Shown one piece after another: positions 51,843-61,928 of a DNA stretch of 64,000 nt. Source of the stretch: Clostridia bacterium (GTDB lineage Bacteria; Bacillota; Clostridia; TANB77; CAG-508); contig JAFWKV010000017.1 of NCBI GenBank assembly GCA_017511265.1, forward strand, positions 7,312 to 71,311. The letters are read 5' to 3'. The notes under the pieces are model-generated. The model ran no database searches. It worked only from the letters and a program-made list of their open reading frames with translations, and had not been told where the DNA came from. A program made the translations under genes and the position numbers. Positions within the stretch are counted from its first letter, which is position 1; every line of letters begins with the position of its first letter.

Positions 51843-54599
51843 ATGAAAAAATTTATTTCATTTATAATCATAGCAATATTATTGATACAAATGTATTTAC
51901 CAGTTTTATCATTTGCTACAAATGACAAAGTAGCATTAGACAATCACATAATAAAAGCTCTAAATGAAGGTAATTATGACAAAGATGAAGATGGAGAATT
52001 TACAATAGAGGAATTGTCAAAAGTATATTGGCTATATATAGACTGTGACGATGAATTTGTTGATTTAACAGGAATTGAAAACATGACCAATCTTTCAACA
52101 ATTGGATTTAATAGTGCAACATCTGATATGGACTTTACAGTATTAAGCCAATTACCATTAGACACATTATTTTTATCAGGATTTTTAAATGATATATCAT
52201 TTTTACAAAATCTTAATAGCTTGTCAGAGCTTTCAATATCATTTTACAATGAAGATGTACCATTAGACATACTTTCAACACTAACAACATTACAGAGTTT
52301 AAGAATAAGTTGCAATGGCGACATAGACATAGATAAATTAAACAACTTAACAGAATTAAAATATCTTACAATACAAGTTAGAGATGGAGTGGAAGTAACA
52401 CCAGAACTTATAGAAAATATAAATAGCTTAAAAGTTAAGAATTTTGCTTTAGAGGGAAAAGTTATTTACAATGTAGGAAATCTTGTATCAAATAAGCAAG
52501 CAGAAATCCCATTTGACAATATTCCATTAATAAAAGAAATGCAAAATCCAGGTAGTAAATTATACTATGAAGATTTTACATACAGCAAAAAAGATGATTT
52601 AATTACAGTAGATAATGCAAATAAAAAATTTCTTTTAAACCTAAAAAATGATGATACTAGAAGTGCAACAATTGAATTTGATAATGATATTACACTTGAA
52701 ATACAATGGAGTACTGCTGAAGATGATGAAGAACCAGAATTAAGCAACAAAATTAAAAATGCCTTACAAAAAGTAGGTGCAGACAAAGATAATAATGGTA
52801 AATATACAATAAGTGAATTAAAAAATGTACATTCTTTGGATTTAAACTTCTCATACAATGACAAATTTGACTTAACAGGAATTGAAAAGATAACAAATTT
52901 AGAGGGACTAACTATTACTGCAACATGTCCAGAAGTCGATTTATCACTATTAAAAGAGCTTCCAAATTTAACATATTTAAGTTTAAATGGAAATTTTAAT
53001 AGCATGGATTCTTTGGAGGGAGTAACAAATTTAGTTTCTTTAAGAATAAGTACATATAATAAAGATTTTTACTTTAATTTTGGGATAATAAACAGAATGA
53101 CAAATCTAGAAGCACTAGATATATACGGAATAAATGAAAATAATTTAAATAACATTAACAAATTAACAAATTTAAATAAATTAAAACGCCTAACTTTAAA
53201 CTTTGGAACAGAACCAAATGAATTAAAATTACCTAATTTAACAAATTTAGAAGAATTAAATTTGTCTTATATTAAAACAGATAATTTAAAAGATTTAGAA
53301 AAATTAACAAAATTAAGAAAATTATATATTCAACCAGTATTAAATAAAGATAATAGTGATGTTGACACAGAAGCTATAAAAAAATTAACAAATCTTGAAC
53401 AGCTAAAAATTACTTTAACAGATGATCCAAGTTGGGTTAATAGCTTATCAAAACTGAAACAAGTAGTTCTTGTAGCAAACACTACAGAAGATAACTATGA
53501 AAACCCACAAAAGATCCAACAAATGGTAAATGGAATTAATACTATTAAGGCAAATGTAAAATTAATAGGTCAATTTAACTTTAATATCGGGAAACTTACA
53601 GTTGGTGAAGAAAGAGATATAAATATAGGTGACAATATTTTAGTGAGAGAATTTAAAGACCCAAATAGCAAATTATATAGCCCTAATATCAATATAAATG
53701 TAGGTCATAACAATTTTATAAATGAATGGAATTATAATGAGAAAACTAAAATTGCACATTTAAAAGTTACTGAATTTGGTAATGATTATGCTTATGCTAG
53801 TGCATCAGAATATGAGGAAGATGGAATGTCGGTTAGCATAAATTTTAAATGGAAAGGCATCATAGATGATGACAAAGAAACAGAAATACCTATTAATGAT
53901 GAAAACTTAAAAAAAGCATTATTAGAAAAATATGATATAGATGGAAATAAAAAAATCACAAAACACGATTTATTAAATATTGACGAATTAGACCTAGACA
54001 ATAAAGGAATAGAAGATATTACAATTTTAGCATCTATGCCAAATCTTGAAAGAATTATTCTTCCAAATAATAAAATAAAAAATATTAAGGTAATTGAAGA
54101 ACTATCAAACAGCAGAAAAATACAATATATAAATTTAAAAAATAACGAAATTGAAGATATACAGCAAATAAAAGATGCAAATTTTGAAATTATTAATTTA
54201 AGTGAAAATTATATTGACTTTTCTGAAAATTCAGCAAATAGAAAAATAATAGTAGATTTTGGAATTGAAAGATGGGGAAATGAATATGATTTTTATTCAC
54301 AATATATGCCACTAAATCAAACAAGAGAAGAATTTATAAATGAAAATATAGATAATTATTTTAAAACCTATGCAGCAAATCAAAAAACGAAAACAACATA
54401 TAAAAAAGGCGACGTAAATGGAAACGGAATAGTAGAACTAACAGACTATTCAATGATTTTAAAACATGTAAAAGGAATAAAATTACTTGAAGGAGAGCAA
54501 AAAGAAAGAGCAGATGTAAATGGCAATGGCACAATAGAACTAACAGACTACTCAATGGTACTAAAGCATGTAAAAGGAATTAAACTATTAGATGAATAA
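51843..54599 (+). CDS. G6. Secreted leucine-rich-repeat (internalin-like) protein with C-terminal dockerin.
   Basis: Many LxxLxxLxLxxN repeats (LTNLEELNLSYIKTDNLKDLEKLTKLRKLYIQ) and a C-terminal dockerin pair. Confidence 0.7.
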   Translation: MKKFISFIIIAILLIQMYLPVLSFATNDKVALDNHIIKALNEGNYDKDEDGEFTIEELSKVYWLYIDCDDEFVDLTGIENMTNLSTIGFNSATSDMDFTVLSQLPLDTLFLSGFLNDISFLQNLNSLSELSISFYNEDVPLDILSTLTTLQSLRISCNGDIDIDKLNNLTELKYLTIQVRDGVEVTPELIENINSLKVKNFALEGKVIYNVGNLVSNKQAEIPFDNIPLIKEMQNPGSKLYYEDFTYSKKDDLITVDNANKKFLLNLKNDDTRSATIEFDNDITLEIQWSTAEDDEEPELSNKIKNALQKVGADKDNNGKYTISELKNVHSLDLNFSYNDKFDLTGIEKITNLEGLTITATCPEVDLSLLKELPNLTYLSLNGNFNSMDSLEGVTNLVSLRISTYNKDFYFNFGIINRMTNLEALDIYGINENNLNNINKLTNLNKLKRLTLNFGTEPNELKLPNLTNLEELNLSYIKTDNLKDLEKLTKLRKLYIQPVLNKDNSDVDTEAIKKLTNLEQLKITLTDDPSWVNSLSKLKQVVLVANTTEDNYENPQKIQQMVNGINTIKANVKLIGQFNFNIGKLTVGEERDINIGDNILVREFKDPNSKLYSPNININVGHNNFINEWNYNEKTKIAHLKVTEFGNDYAYASASEYEEDGMSVSINFKWKGIIDDDKETEIPINDENLKKALLEKYDIDGNKKITKHDLLNIDELDLDNKGIEDITILASMPNLERIILPNNKIKNIKVIEELSNSRKIQYINLKNNEIEDIQQIKDANFEIINLSENYIDFSENSANRKIIVDFGIERWGNEYDFYSQYMPLNQTREEFINENIDNYFKTYAANQKTKTTYKKGDVNGNGIVELTDYSMILKHVKGIKLLEGEQKERADVNGNGTIELTDYSMVLKHVKGIKLLDE
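54402..54596 (+). repeat. Dockerin-coding DNA repeat (G6 3' end)
   Basis: Same repeat family. Confidence 0.7.
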
Positions 54600-54632
54600 A
54601 TTAATACTCATTAATAAATAGAGGGAAAATAA

Positions 54633-56315
54633 ATGAAAAATAAAAATAGTATTTTAATAAAATTTATATTTACTTTTGTATTAATAGCAACAATAACTCA
54701 AACAAACTTTATCTATGCAACTGCTTTAGAAGATGAAGAAGTATATGAAAGTTTACTTACAACAAATGAGCAAGAAGAGACAGACACAGGAAACCTAACT
54801 TATGCCTCTGGAGTTACAGATGAAATGTGCAAGCCAGAATATTGGGCAAGCAAAATAAAAGATGCAAGTAAGGTATTAATGACAAAATCAGAAATATCAA
54901 AGCTAAACCAAGATATTATAGACGGAGCTGGAACAAATGTATTTGATTTAACTAAAATTAACGAAACAAAAACTCCATCTGAAAGAGCGCAAATATTAGC
55001 AAACAGTGAAGACATTCCAATAAGAAATCTCTATATAGATGGTACATTAATAGATAATAATACATATTTTACAAAACTAAAAAATGCAATGATAGAAACT
55101 GGGTTTGATGGTGATGAAACAGTTCAAAAGTATGCAGTAGCTGTAAAAAGAGCAGATGTAAGAGTATGGCCAACAAATGATGTAATAGGCTATAGTGAAA
55201 CAGATCCAGATGACGAAATTGAAAATTCAATATTAAATGTAAATGAACCATTTGTAATAAGAGGAAAATGTGAAGTAGATGGCAAAACATTTTATTGGGG
55301 AAATTCAAATGTTTGCCCAGGATGGGTAGATGCAGAAAATTTAGCAATATGTGAAAGCAAAGAAGAATGGATAGATGCATGGCAAGTAGATGTATCAGCA
55401 AAAGACTTTCTTGTTGTAACACAAGATAAAATTACGCTAGAGCCATCTCTTTCAGTGCCAGAAACATCTGAAATAAAATTGATGATAGGAACAACTTTAA
55501 AATTAGTTTCAAAAAGTGATTTGCCTAAAAACATAGGTGAAAGAGGAACTTGGAATAATTATGTTGTATATTTACCAACAAGAGATGAAGATGGAAACTA
55601 TGTTAAACAATATGCATTAATATCACAGCACTATGATGTAAGTATTGGATTTTTACCAATGACACAAGAAAACATATTAAAAGTTGCATTTTCATGTTTA
55701 GGAAACAGATATGGCTGGGGTGGAATGTTAGGTGCAATGGATTGCTCATTATATAGTAGAAGTATTTATGAATGCTTTGGCTTAGAACTACCTAGAAATA
55801 CTACTTGGCAGATGAAGGTACCAGGAAAAGTTACAGATGTTTCAGAGAAGAATGATGAAGAAAAAGAAGCATTTTTAGAAAAACAAGCAGTAGGAGCAAT
55901 TCTCTTCTTCCCAGGACATGCAATGGTCTATACTGGCAATGAAAATAACACAAGCTATACAATAAGCGCAACAGGATCACTTTCTGATAGTATTGGTGAG
56001 CTAAATGTACAAAGTATGTATTCAGTAATTTTAAATCCATTAACAACCAGAAGAAGAAATGGAAGAACATGGCTAAATAATTTAACTTATGTATTGAGCT
56101 TTGGTGAAAACAATGAAGAGCTAATAGGTGACGTAAATGGAAACGGAATAGTAGAACTAACAGACTATTCAATGATATTAAAACATGTAAAAGGAATAAA
56201 ATTACTTGAAGGAGAACAATTAGAAAGAGCTGATGTAAACCAAAATGGAAACATAGATTTAACAGATTATTCAATGGTATTAAAACATGTAAAGGGAATT
56301 AAATTATTGAATTAA
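54633..56315 (+). CDS. G7. Secreted SH3b + NlpC/P60 (YkfC-like gamma-D-Glu-diamino acid endopeptidase type) with C-terminal dockerin.
   Basis: NRYGWGGMLGAMDCSLYSRSIY...PGHAMVY (Cys-His NlpC/P60). Dockerin at the C-terminus. Confidence 0.75.
   Translation: MKNKNSILIKFIFTFVLIATITQTNFIYATALEDEEVYESLLTTNEQEETDTGNLTYASGVTDEMCKPEYWASKIKDASKVLMTKSEISKLNQDIIDGAGTNVFDLTKINETKTPSERAQILANSEDIPIRNLYIDGTLIDNNTYFTKLKNAMIETGFDGDETVQKYAVAVKRADVRVWPTNDVIGYSETDPDDEIENSILNVNEPFVIRGKCEVDGKTFYWGNSNVCPGWVDAENLAICESKEEWIDAWQVDVSAKDFLVVTQDKITLEPSLSVPETSEIKLMIGTTLKLVSKSDLPKNIGERGTWNNYVVYLPTRDEDGNYVKQYALISQHYDVSIGFLPMTQENILKVAFSCLGNRYGWGGMLGAMDCSLYSRSIYECFGLELPRNTTWQMKVPGKVTDVSEKNDEEKEAFLEKQAVGAILFFPGHAMVYTGNENNTSYTISATGSLSDSIGELNVQSMYSVILNPLTTRRRNGRTWLNNLTYVLSFGENNEELIGDVNGNGIVELTDYSMILKHVKGIKLLEGEQLERADVNQNGNIDLTDYSMVLKHVKGIKLLN
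56118..56312 (+). repeat. Dockerin-coding DNA repeat (G7 3' end)
   Basis: Same repeat family. Confidence 0.7.
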
Positions 56316-56332
56316 TAAAAGGGAGAAAACTA

Positions 56333-59300
56333 ATGAAGAAATTTATTTCAGTAATCGTTTTAGCTATTTTTCTAGCAAATTTAAACTTACCAATTGTATC
56401 ATTTGCTGTGGAAGAAACAGAACAAAGCACAGAAAAAAATGAGCAACAACAAGAGGCTGTTCAAGAAGAACAAAAACAGCAAGAAGAAAATAATATAATA
56501 GAAGTAGAAAGTGAGACAAATGAGCAAAATGAGATGCAAGCTAAGCAGGAAAAGGAAGAACAAGACGAGCAAGTAAAAGAAGAAATAAACAAAAGTGAAG
56601 AGACAAAAGGAACAGAAAATAAAGAAAATCAAGAAGAACAACAAGAACCAGAACGTAATTTAGATTCAGAAGACGAAATAGTAGAATTAGACGAAAAAGT
56701 AAAAAATGCTATTTCAACATATTATGATATAGATGATAATGATGATGGAGAATATTCTAAAAAAGAATTAGCAAATCCAAACTTAACTTCTATAAATATA
56801 GATTGCAATCAAGACACTGTAGATTTATCAGGAATTCAATACATGACATATTTAACTGGTATTGATATGTACAATATAAATGGAAGTATTGATTATACAT
56901 ATTTAGTAGAAACAGAAAACTTAAGAAGAATTTCATTGAATGGTAACGTAAAAAATATCAGTAAAATTGCTGAGATAAGCAATTTAGAAACACTTAGTAT
57001 AAATTTATATAATTACGAAGATGATTGTATAGAAGAATTATATAGTGATATTAGTAAAATGACAAATATAAACGAACTTGATTTGTTAAATTGTGATTGT
57101 AATAATTTAAAAGCACTAGAAAATTTAGATAACATAAAGAGGTTGTGGCTAGATCAAAAGTATGGCACAACTTTAGATATTGAAACTTTGTCAAAAATGA
57201 AAGCACTAGAATATTTAACAATACAATACAATGGTGAAAACATTGCATGGTTGGAAAATTTAAGTAATCTTAAAGATCTTAGGCTTCTAGGTTATAATGA
57301 CAGAGTTGAATTTACAGAAGATTTTTTTGAAGATATAAAAAAATTATCAATAGAAAGTGTTCATACTGATTCTCGCTCCATATTGAATTTTGGAAAAATA
57401 GAAATAGGACAAACCAAAGAATTAAAATTTGAAGATTTTCCAATATTGAAAGAGATGTGTGATGAAAATAGTATTTTTCATGAATCAGATTGGAATTTAA
57501 TTGTTTCAGAAAATCAAGAAGAAGGAACTAATACAGATTGTATTCATATAGATAATGAAAACCGCAAAATTTCTATAACACCAACAGAGGAAAGTCGAAA
57601 AGAAATTTATATAGATAAGAACAAATTTGCATGGGGACTAGGAAATCATTTTATTATAACTTGGGAAGAACCAGAGGATAATGAAATAGTAGAAATAAGT
57701 AGTGAATCTATAAAAAATGCATTAGAGAACAAATACATAGATAAGAATGGAGACGGAAAATATACAAAAGGTGAATTAGCAGATATAAACTTACAATCAA
57801 TTGCTATATTTATAAATGAAGACCAAATTGACTTATCACCATTAGAATATATGAAAAATTTGAACTATGTAGATATTAACCTCAATTATTACAACAACAG
57901 TAAAATAGATTTATCAGTATTAAAAAAATTAAATAAATTGGAATGGCTGAGTGTATTTAATTTAAAAGATGTAACATCTTTAAGTGTACTAACTAATATA
58001 AAAAAACTAAGCATAGAAACAACTAGCGAAAATTTTGAAGAAAAATTAAAAATAATAAGCAGACTAAGTAATCTTGAGTATTTATACATATATGATATAA
58101 ACACAGATGTTGATATAGATGAATTAACATCACTAAATAATCTAAAACAATTATCTTTAGATAGTTCAGGTAGTAATATTAAGATAAATTTAGATAATAT
58201 AGAAAAATTAAACAACTTGACTGAACTAAGTTTAAGAAATTTTAATTATGAGAATTTTAACAGCATAGAAAAACTTTCAAAATTAAAAAGCCTAACCCTA
58301 TCTACAAGATTTGATGAGAAATTAGATATTGATACAATATCTAAACTGAACAATTTAGAACAATTAAGTATAGAAGAATTTGTAGACGACGTAAATTGGC
58401 TTTCTGACTTAACAAATTTAAAATCTTTAACATTATATATAAAAAATAATCAAAAAGGTTTAGATGAAAAGTTTTTTAACGTAATAGATAGTTTGAATTT
58501 GGAAAATCTTAACATACAGGGGGATTATTCAATAAATCTTGGAGAATTAGAACCTGGTGTAATGACGGAATTTGACTTTGCTGATATACCACTATTAAAA
58601 AAAGCAATGGATCAAGAAAGTACATTTTATACTGAAAATTTAAGATTAGATGTTAACGAATACCAAGATAATAGAGTTGATAAAAACTGTATTCAAATAG
58701 ACAATGAAAATCATAAAATATATATAACAGCTCCAGAAGACCCAAAAGCAAAAAAACAAATTACTATTAGTCAAAATACGGGACAATTTTATAATATTAA
58801 ATTTACATGGTCTAACCCAGGTGATGATGAAATAATTGAAATAGACGATAAAATTGCTGAAGCTATAAAACAAAATAATTCTAATACTGATGAAAATGGA
58901 GATGGAAAATTTAGCAAAGGAGAGCTTGCTAATATAGAAAATTTATATATTAATTGTAATTCTAACAAAATTGACTTATCAGCCCTTGAATATATGATTA
59001 ATCTTGAATATCTTTCTATTTATAGTATGTCAGAAGGAACTGACCTATCACCGCTAATAAAATTGAAAGAACTAAAAAATCTTACTATATATGGCAATTT
59101 TAAAGACTTTAATCAAATTACAGAATTAACTAATCTAGAAACACTTAATATATATGTATACAATGGGTTAAATACGCTTGATGGATTAAATAAACTTAAT
59201 CACTTAAATAATCTTACTTTACAAGGATTTGATTGTAAAGATTTAAGTGGAATAGAAAATATACCAAATTTAAAACAGTTAAGCATAAGAATTGGAAATG

Positions 59301-61651
59301 CCAATGACATAGTAGATGTAAATAGTATTTCGAAAATAGAAAATTTAGAAACACTAACGGTAGAAAACTTTAATCCAAATAATATAGAATGGATACGAAA
59401 TATTGATGGCTTAAATGAATTAACTTTAACACACTATTCATATTCTGAAAGTAATGAAATGGAGTTAGACAGCCAATTTTTTGATACATTAAAAACGTTT
59501 AATATTCAAAAAATAAAACTAAATGGAAGCTATATTGTAAATTTAGGAGAACTAGAAAATGGTGTAGAAAGAACATTTAATTTTGCAGATATACCAATAT
59601 TAAATGCCTGTACAGATAAAAACAGTAAAATATATAATGTAGAGTATGAAAAGTTTTATATTAATAAAGATGGCAAAAATCAACTAACAATAAATGATAA
59701 TAAATCTTTTACACTAACGCCAACTGATAGTAATGAAAAAACAAAAGAGATATATAATTATTCTGTTAATGTAAAACTAAAGTGGTCAAATCCTGGAGAT
59801 AATGACATAGTACCTTTAAGTGAACCAATAAAAAGATCGATTGGCACATATTATGACAAAAATGGAGATGGAGAATTTACAAAATTAGAATTAGAATCTC
59901 AGAATCTTACAAATTTAAGGATTAGCTTTAGAGACAATGAAGAATGTGATATAACAGGAATAGAACACTTGAAAAATTTAACATACCTATCTATCAATTC
60001 TAATAAAAACACAGATTTTTCAGAACTTAAAAAATTGGATAAATTAGAAGAGATATCAATAAGTGGAGATTTCAATGACATTTCAACATTAAAAGACGTA
60101 ACACAGTTAAAAATAGTTAACTTAAGCCAATACAATGATAATATAATAAATTTAAGCATACTTAAGAATTTGACTAATTTGGAAAGCTTAAGAGTAAACT
60201 CAAATGTTACTAATATTACTGAATTGAAAGATTTAGCTAAATTGAAAAAACTTGAGATTTCATATAATTATGACAGCAATAAGGTTAAATTAAGTGAAAT
60301 AACACAATTAATTAATATAGAAAATTTAAGACTTTCAAATATAGATGAAAAAGACTTAACAGGACTAGAAAAAATGACAAATGTTTCAACATTATACATA
60401 ACACTTAAGAACGAAATAATTGATAAATTAGATACAAATACATTGGTAAAAATGAATTCCATAAAAGAGCTTAGTATAAACGCTATGAATGATATAAGCT
60501 GGATAGAAAACATTCCTACATTAGAAAAACTAACTTTAAGTGGATATTATAATTTTGAGATTACACAAGATTTAATAAATACGATTAATAATAGCCAAAT
60601 AGATATTATACTAACAGGGTCATTTTATACTAATTTAGGAAGTATTTATTTAGGAAATACTTTAGAGTATGAATTAAACAATGTTTTATTACTAAAAGAA
60701 TTAACAGATAAAAACAGTAAATTATATGACGAAAGATTTAACATAGAGTATAGTAAAACAGAAGGCAGAATATCAGATATAGAAGTAACTCCAACAGAAG
60801 GAAAAATAAAAATAAAGGCAAGAGAATTTGGTACAGATAGTAAAAGGTTCAGTACTTATTATAGTTCAGAAAATAAATTTACAGGACAAATCTATATAAA
60901 ATGGCAAAACATTATGCCAGGAGATACTACAAAAGAAATAGAGTTCAAAGATGAAAACCTAAGACAAGCTTTACTTGAAAATTATGACTGTGATGATGAC
61001 AAAAGAATCACAGAACAAGACATGATTAATATAGAAAGCTTAAATTTATATAATAAAGGAATAAAAGATATTTCAGGTTTAGAAAAGGCAATAAATGTTA
61101 GGTATGATATAAACTTATCAAATAATAAAATTAAAGATGCCACAATTGCAGCTCAAATGCTAAATCTAAATGATGAAGTATACATATATTTGGATAATAA
61201 CGAAATTGAAAATGTTACACATATAAAAGATGCTAATTTTGATAGAATTAATTTAAATGGAAATTATATTGATTTTTCAGAAAATTCTGAAAATAAAAAA
61301 ATAGTAGTAGATAAATTAACAGTACTATATTCAAAAGTTTATGATGAATTTACTGAAGAACTACAAGATTATTTTGGTAGCAAAGAAGAATATATAAATG
61401 AAAGGATATCAGAATATTTTGAATATTCTGCAGGAAATCAAAAAACAAAACCATATCTAAAAGGTGATGTAAATGGCAATGGAGCTGTTGATTTAACAGA
61501 CTATTCAATGATATTAAAACATGTAAAAGGTATTAAATTACTTGGAGGAGAACAAAAAGAAAGAGCAGATGTGAACGGTAACGGAACAATAGAACTTACA
61601 GATTATTCAATGGTATTAAAACATGTAAAGGGAATAAAACTACTATTTTAA
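56333..61651 (+). CDS. G8. Giant (1772 aa) secreted LRR protein with an acidic E/Q-rich N-terminal region and C-terminal dockerin.
   Basis: Signal peptide. EEQ-rich low-complexity stretch. Four similar LRR super-repeats, each ending in a WSNPGD-like segment. Dockerin pair. Confidence 0.7.
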   Translation: MKKFISVIVLAIFLANLNLPIVSFAVEETEQSTEKNEQQQEAVQEEQKQQEENNIIEVESETNEQNEMQAKQEKEEQDEQVKEEINKSEETKGTENKENQEEQQEPERNLDSEDEIVELDEKVKNAISTYYDIDDNDDGEYSKKELANPNLTSINIDCNQDTVDLSGIQYMTYLTGIDMYNINGSIDYTYLVETENLRRISLNGNVKNISKIAEISNLETLSINLYNYEDDCIEELYSDISKMTNINELDLLNCDCNNLKALENLDNIKRLWLDQKYGTTLDIETLSKMKALEYLTIQYNGENIAWLENLSNLKDLRLLGYNDRVEFTEDFFEDIKKLSIESVHTDSRSILNFGKIEIGQTKELKFEDFPILKEMCDENSIFHESDWNLIVSENQEEGTNTDCIHIDNENRKISITPTEESRKEIYIDKNKFAWGLGNHFIITWEEPEDNEIVEISSESIKNALENKYIDKNGDGKYTKGELADINLQSIAIFINEDQIDLSPLEYMKNLNYVDINLNYYNNSKIDLSVLKKLNKLEWLSVFNLKDVTSLSVLTNIKKLSIETTSENFEEKLKIISRLSNLEYLYIYDINTDVDIDELTSLNNLKQLSLDSSGSNIKINLDNIEKLNNLTELSLRNFNYENFNSIEKLSKLKSLTLSTRFDEKLDIDTISKLNNLEQLSIEEFVDDVNWLSDLTNLKSLTLYIKNNQKGLDEKFFNVIDSLNLENLNIQGDYSINLGELEPGVMTEFDFADIPLLKKAMDQESTFYTENLRLDVNEYQDNRVDKNCIQIDNENHKIYITAPEDPKAKKQITISQNTGQFYNIKFTWSNPGDDEIIEIDDKIAEAIKQNNSNTDENGDGKFSKGELANIENLYINCNSNKIDLSALEYMINLEYLSIYSMSEGTDLSPLIKLKELKNLTIYGNFKDFNQITELTNLETLNIYVYNGLNTLDGLNKLNHLNNLTLQGFDCKDLSGIENIPNLKQLSIRIGNANDIVDVNSISKIENLETLTVENFNPNNIEWIRNIDGLNELTLTHYSYSESNEMELDSQFFDTLKTFNIQKIKLNGSYIVNLGELENGVERTFNFADIPILNACTDKNSKIYNVEYEKFYINKDGKNQLTINDNKSFTLTPTDSNEKTKEIYNYSVNVKLKWSNPGDNDIVPLSEPIKRSIGTYYDKNGDGEFTKLELESQNLTNLRISFRDNEECDITGIEHLKNLTYLSINSNKNTDFSELKKLDKLEEISISGDFNDISTLKDVTQLKIVNLSQYNDNIINLSILKNLTNLESLRVNSNVTNITELKDLAKLKKLEISYNYDSNKVKLSEITQLINIENLRLSNIDEKDLTGLEKMTNVSTLYITLKNEIIDKLDTNTLVKMNSIKELSINAMNDISWIENIPTLEKLTLSGYYNFEITQDLINTINNSQIDIILTGSFYTNLGSIYLGNTLEYELNNVLLLKELTDKNSKLYDERFNIEYSKTEGRISDIEVTPTEGKIKIKAREFGTDSKRFSTYYSSENKFTGQIYIKWQNIMPGDTTKEIEFKDENLRQALLENYDCDDDKRITEQDMINIESLNLYNKGIKDISGLEKAINVRYDINLSNNKIKDATIAAQMLNLNDEVYIYLDNNEIENVTHIKDANFDRINLNGNYIDFSENSENKKIVVDKLTVLYSKVYDEFTEELQDYFGSKEEYINERISEYFEYSAGNQKTKPYLKGDVNGNGAVDLTDYSMILKHVKGIKLLGGEQKERADVNGNGTIELTDYSMVLKHVKGIKLLF
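61454..61648 (+). repeat. Dockerin-coding DNA repeat (G8 3' end)
   Basis: Same repeat family. Confidence 0.7.
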
Positions 61652-61657
61652 AAGAAC

Positions 61658-61872
61658 ACAAAAATCAACCAAAATGAATTGGTTACTATTCAGACTAAGC
61701 TTTTATAGAGTAGCCTAAATGTTGATATATAAATATATTGAAAGAACAAGACCAGTAGGAAGACCCCAGCTATGTTTTGTTCAAAATATATTTATATATC
61801 AACATTTAGGCGGAAATAATTATAATCTAGTCTGAATAGTAACATGAATTATCCTTTTTGGTTGATTTTTGT
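61658..61872. repeat. Nested palindromic MITE-like element after G8, related to R1. Its right arm also matches 117-180.
   Basis: Outer arms caaaaatcaaccaaaa.../...ttttggttgatttttg. Inner arms cctaaatgttgatatata.../...tatatatcaacatttagg. The core ggaagaccccagctatgttttg resembles R1. The segment catttaggcgga.ataattataatctagtctgaa.agtaaca recurs at 137-178. Confidence 0.55.
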
Positions 61873-61928
61873 TGAAAGAAGAAATTACTTTTGATATAAT
61901 ATAGATGTTTAATTAAGGAGGTGTTTAA

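Noticed and set aside
54361-56274. Antisense ORFs opposite the dockerin segments (for example 54361-54555, 55831-56274, 49105-49470, 43853-44086, 41314-41511) with similar translations (LLVLLCHCHLHLLFLF...)
   Set aside because: Their mutual similarity only mirrors the conserved dockerin coding sequence on the plus strand. They have no ribosome-binding sites and give low-complexity translations.
41376-61648. Regularly recurring conserved segment of about 195 bp. CRISPR array considered.
   Set aside because: The repeats are 2-5 kb apart and in-frame at the 3' ends of long ORFs, where they encode dockerin modules. They are not short direct repeats separated by spacers of 30-40 bp, and no cas genes are present.
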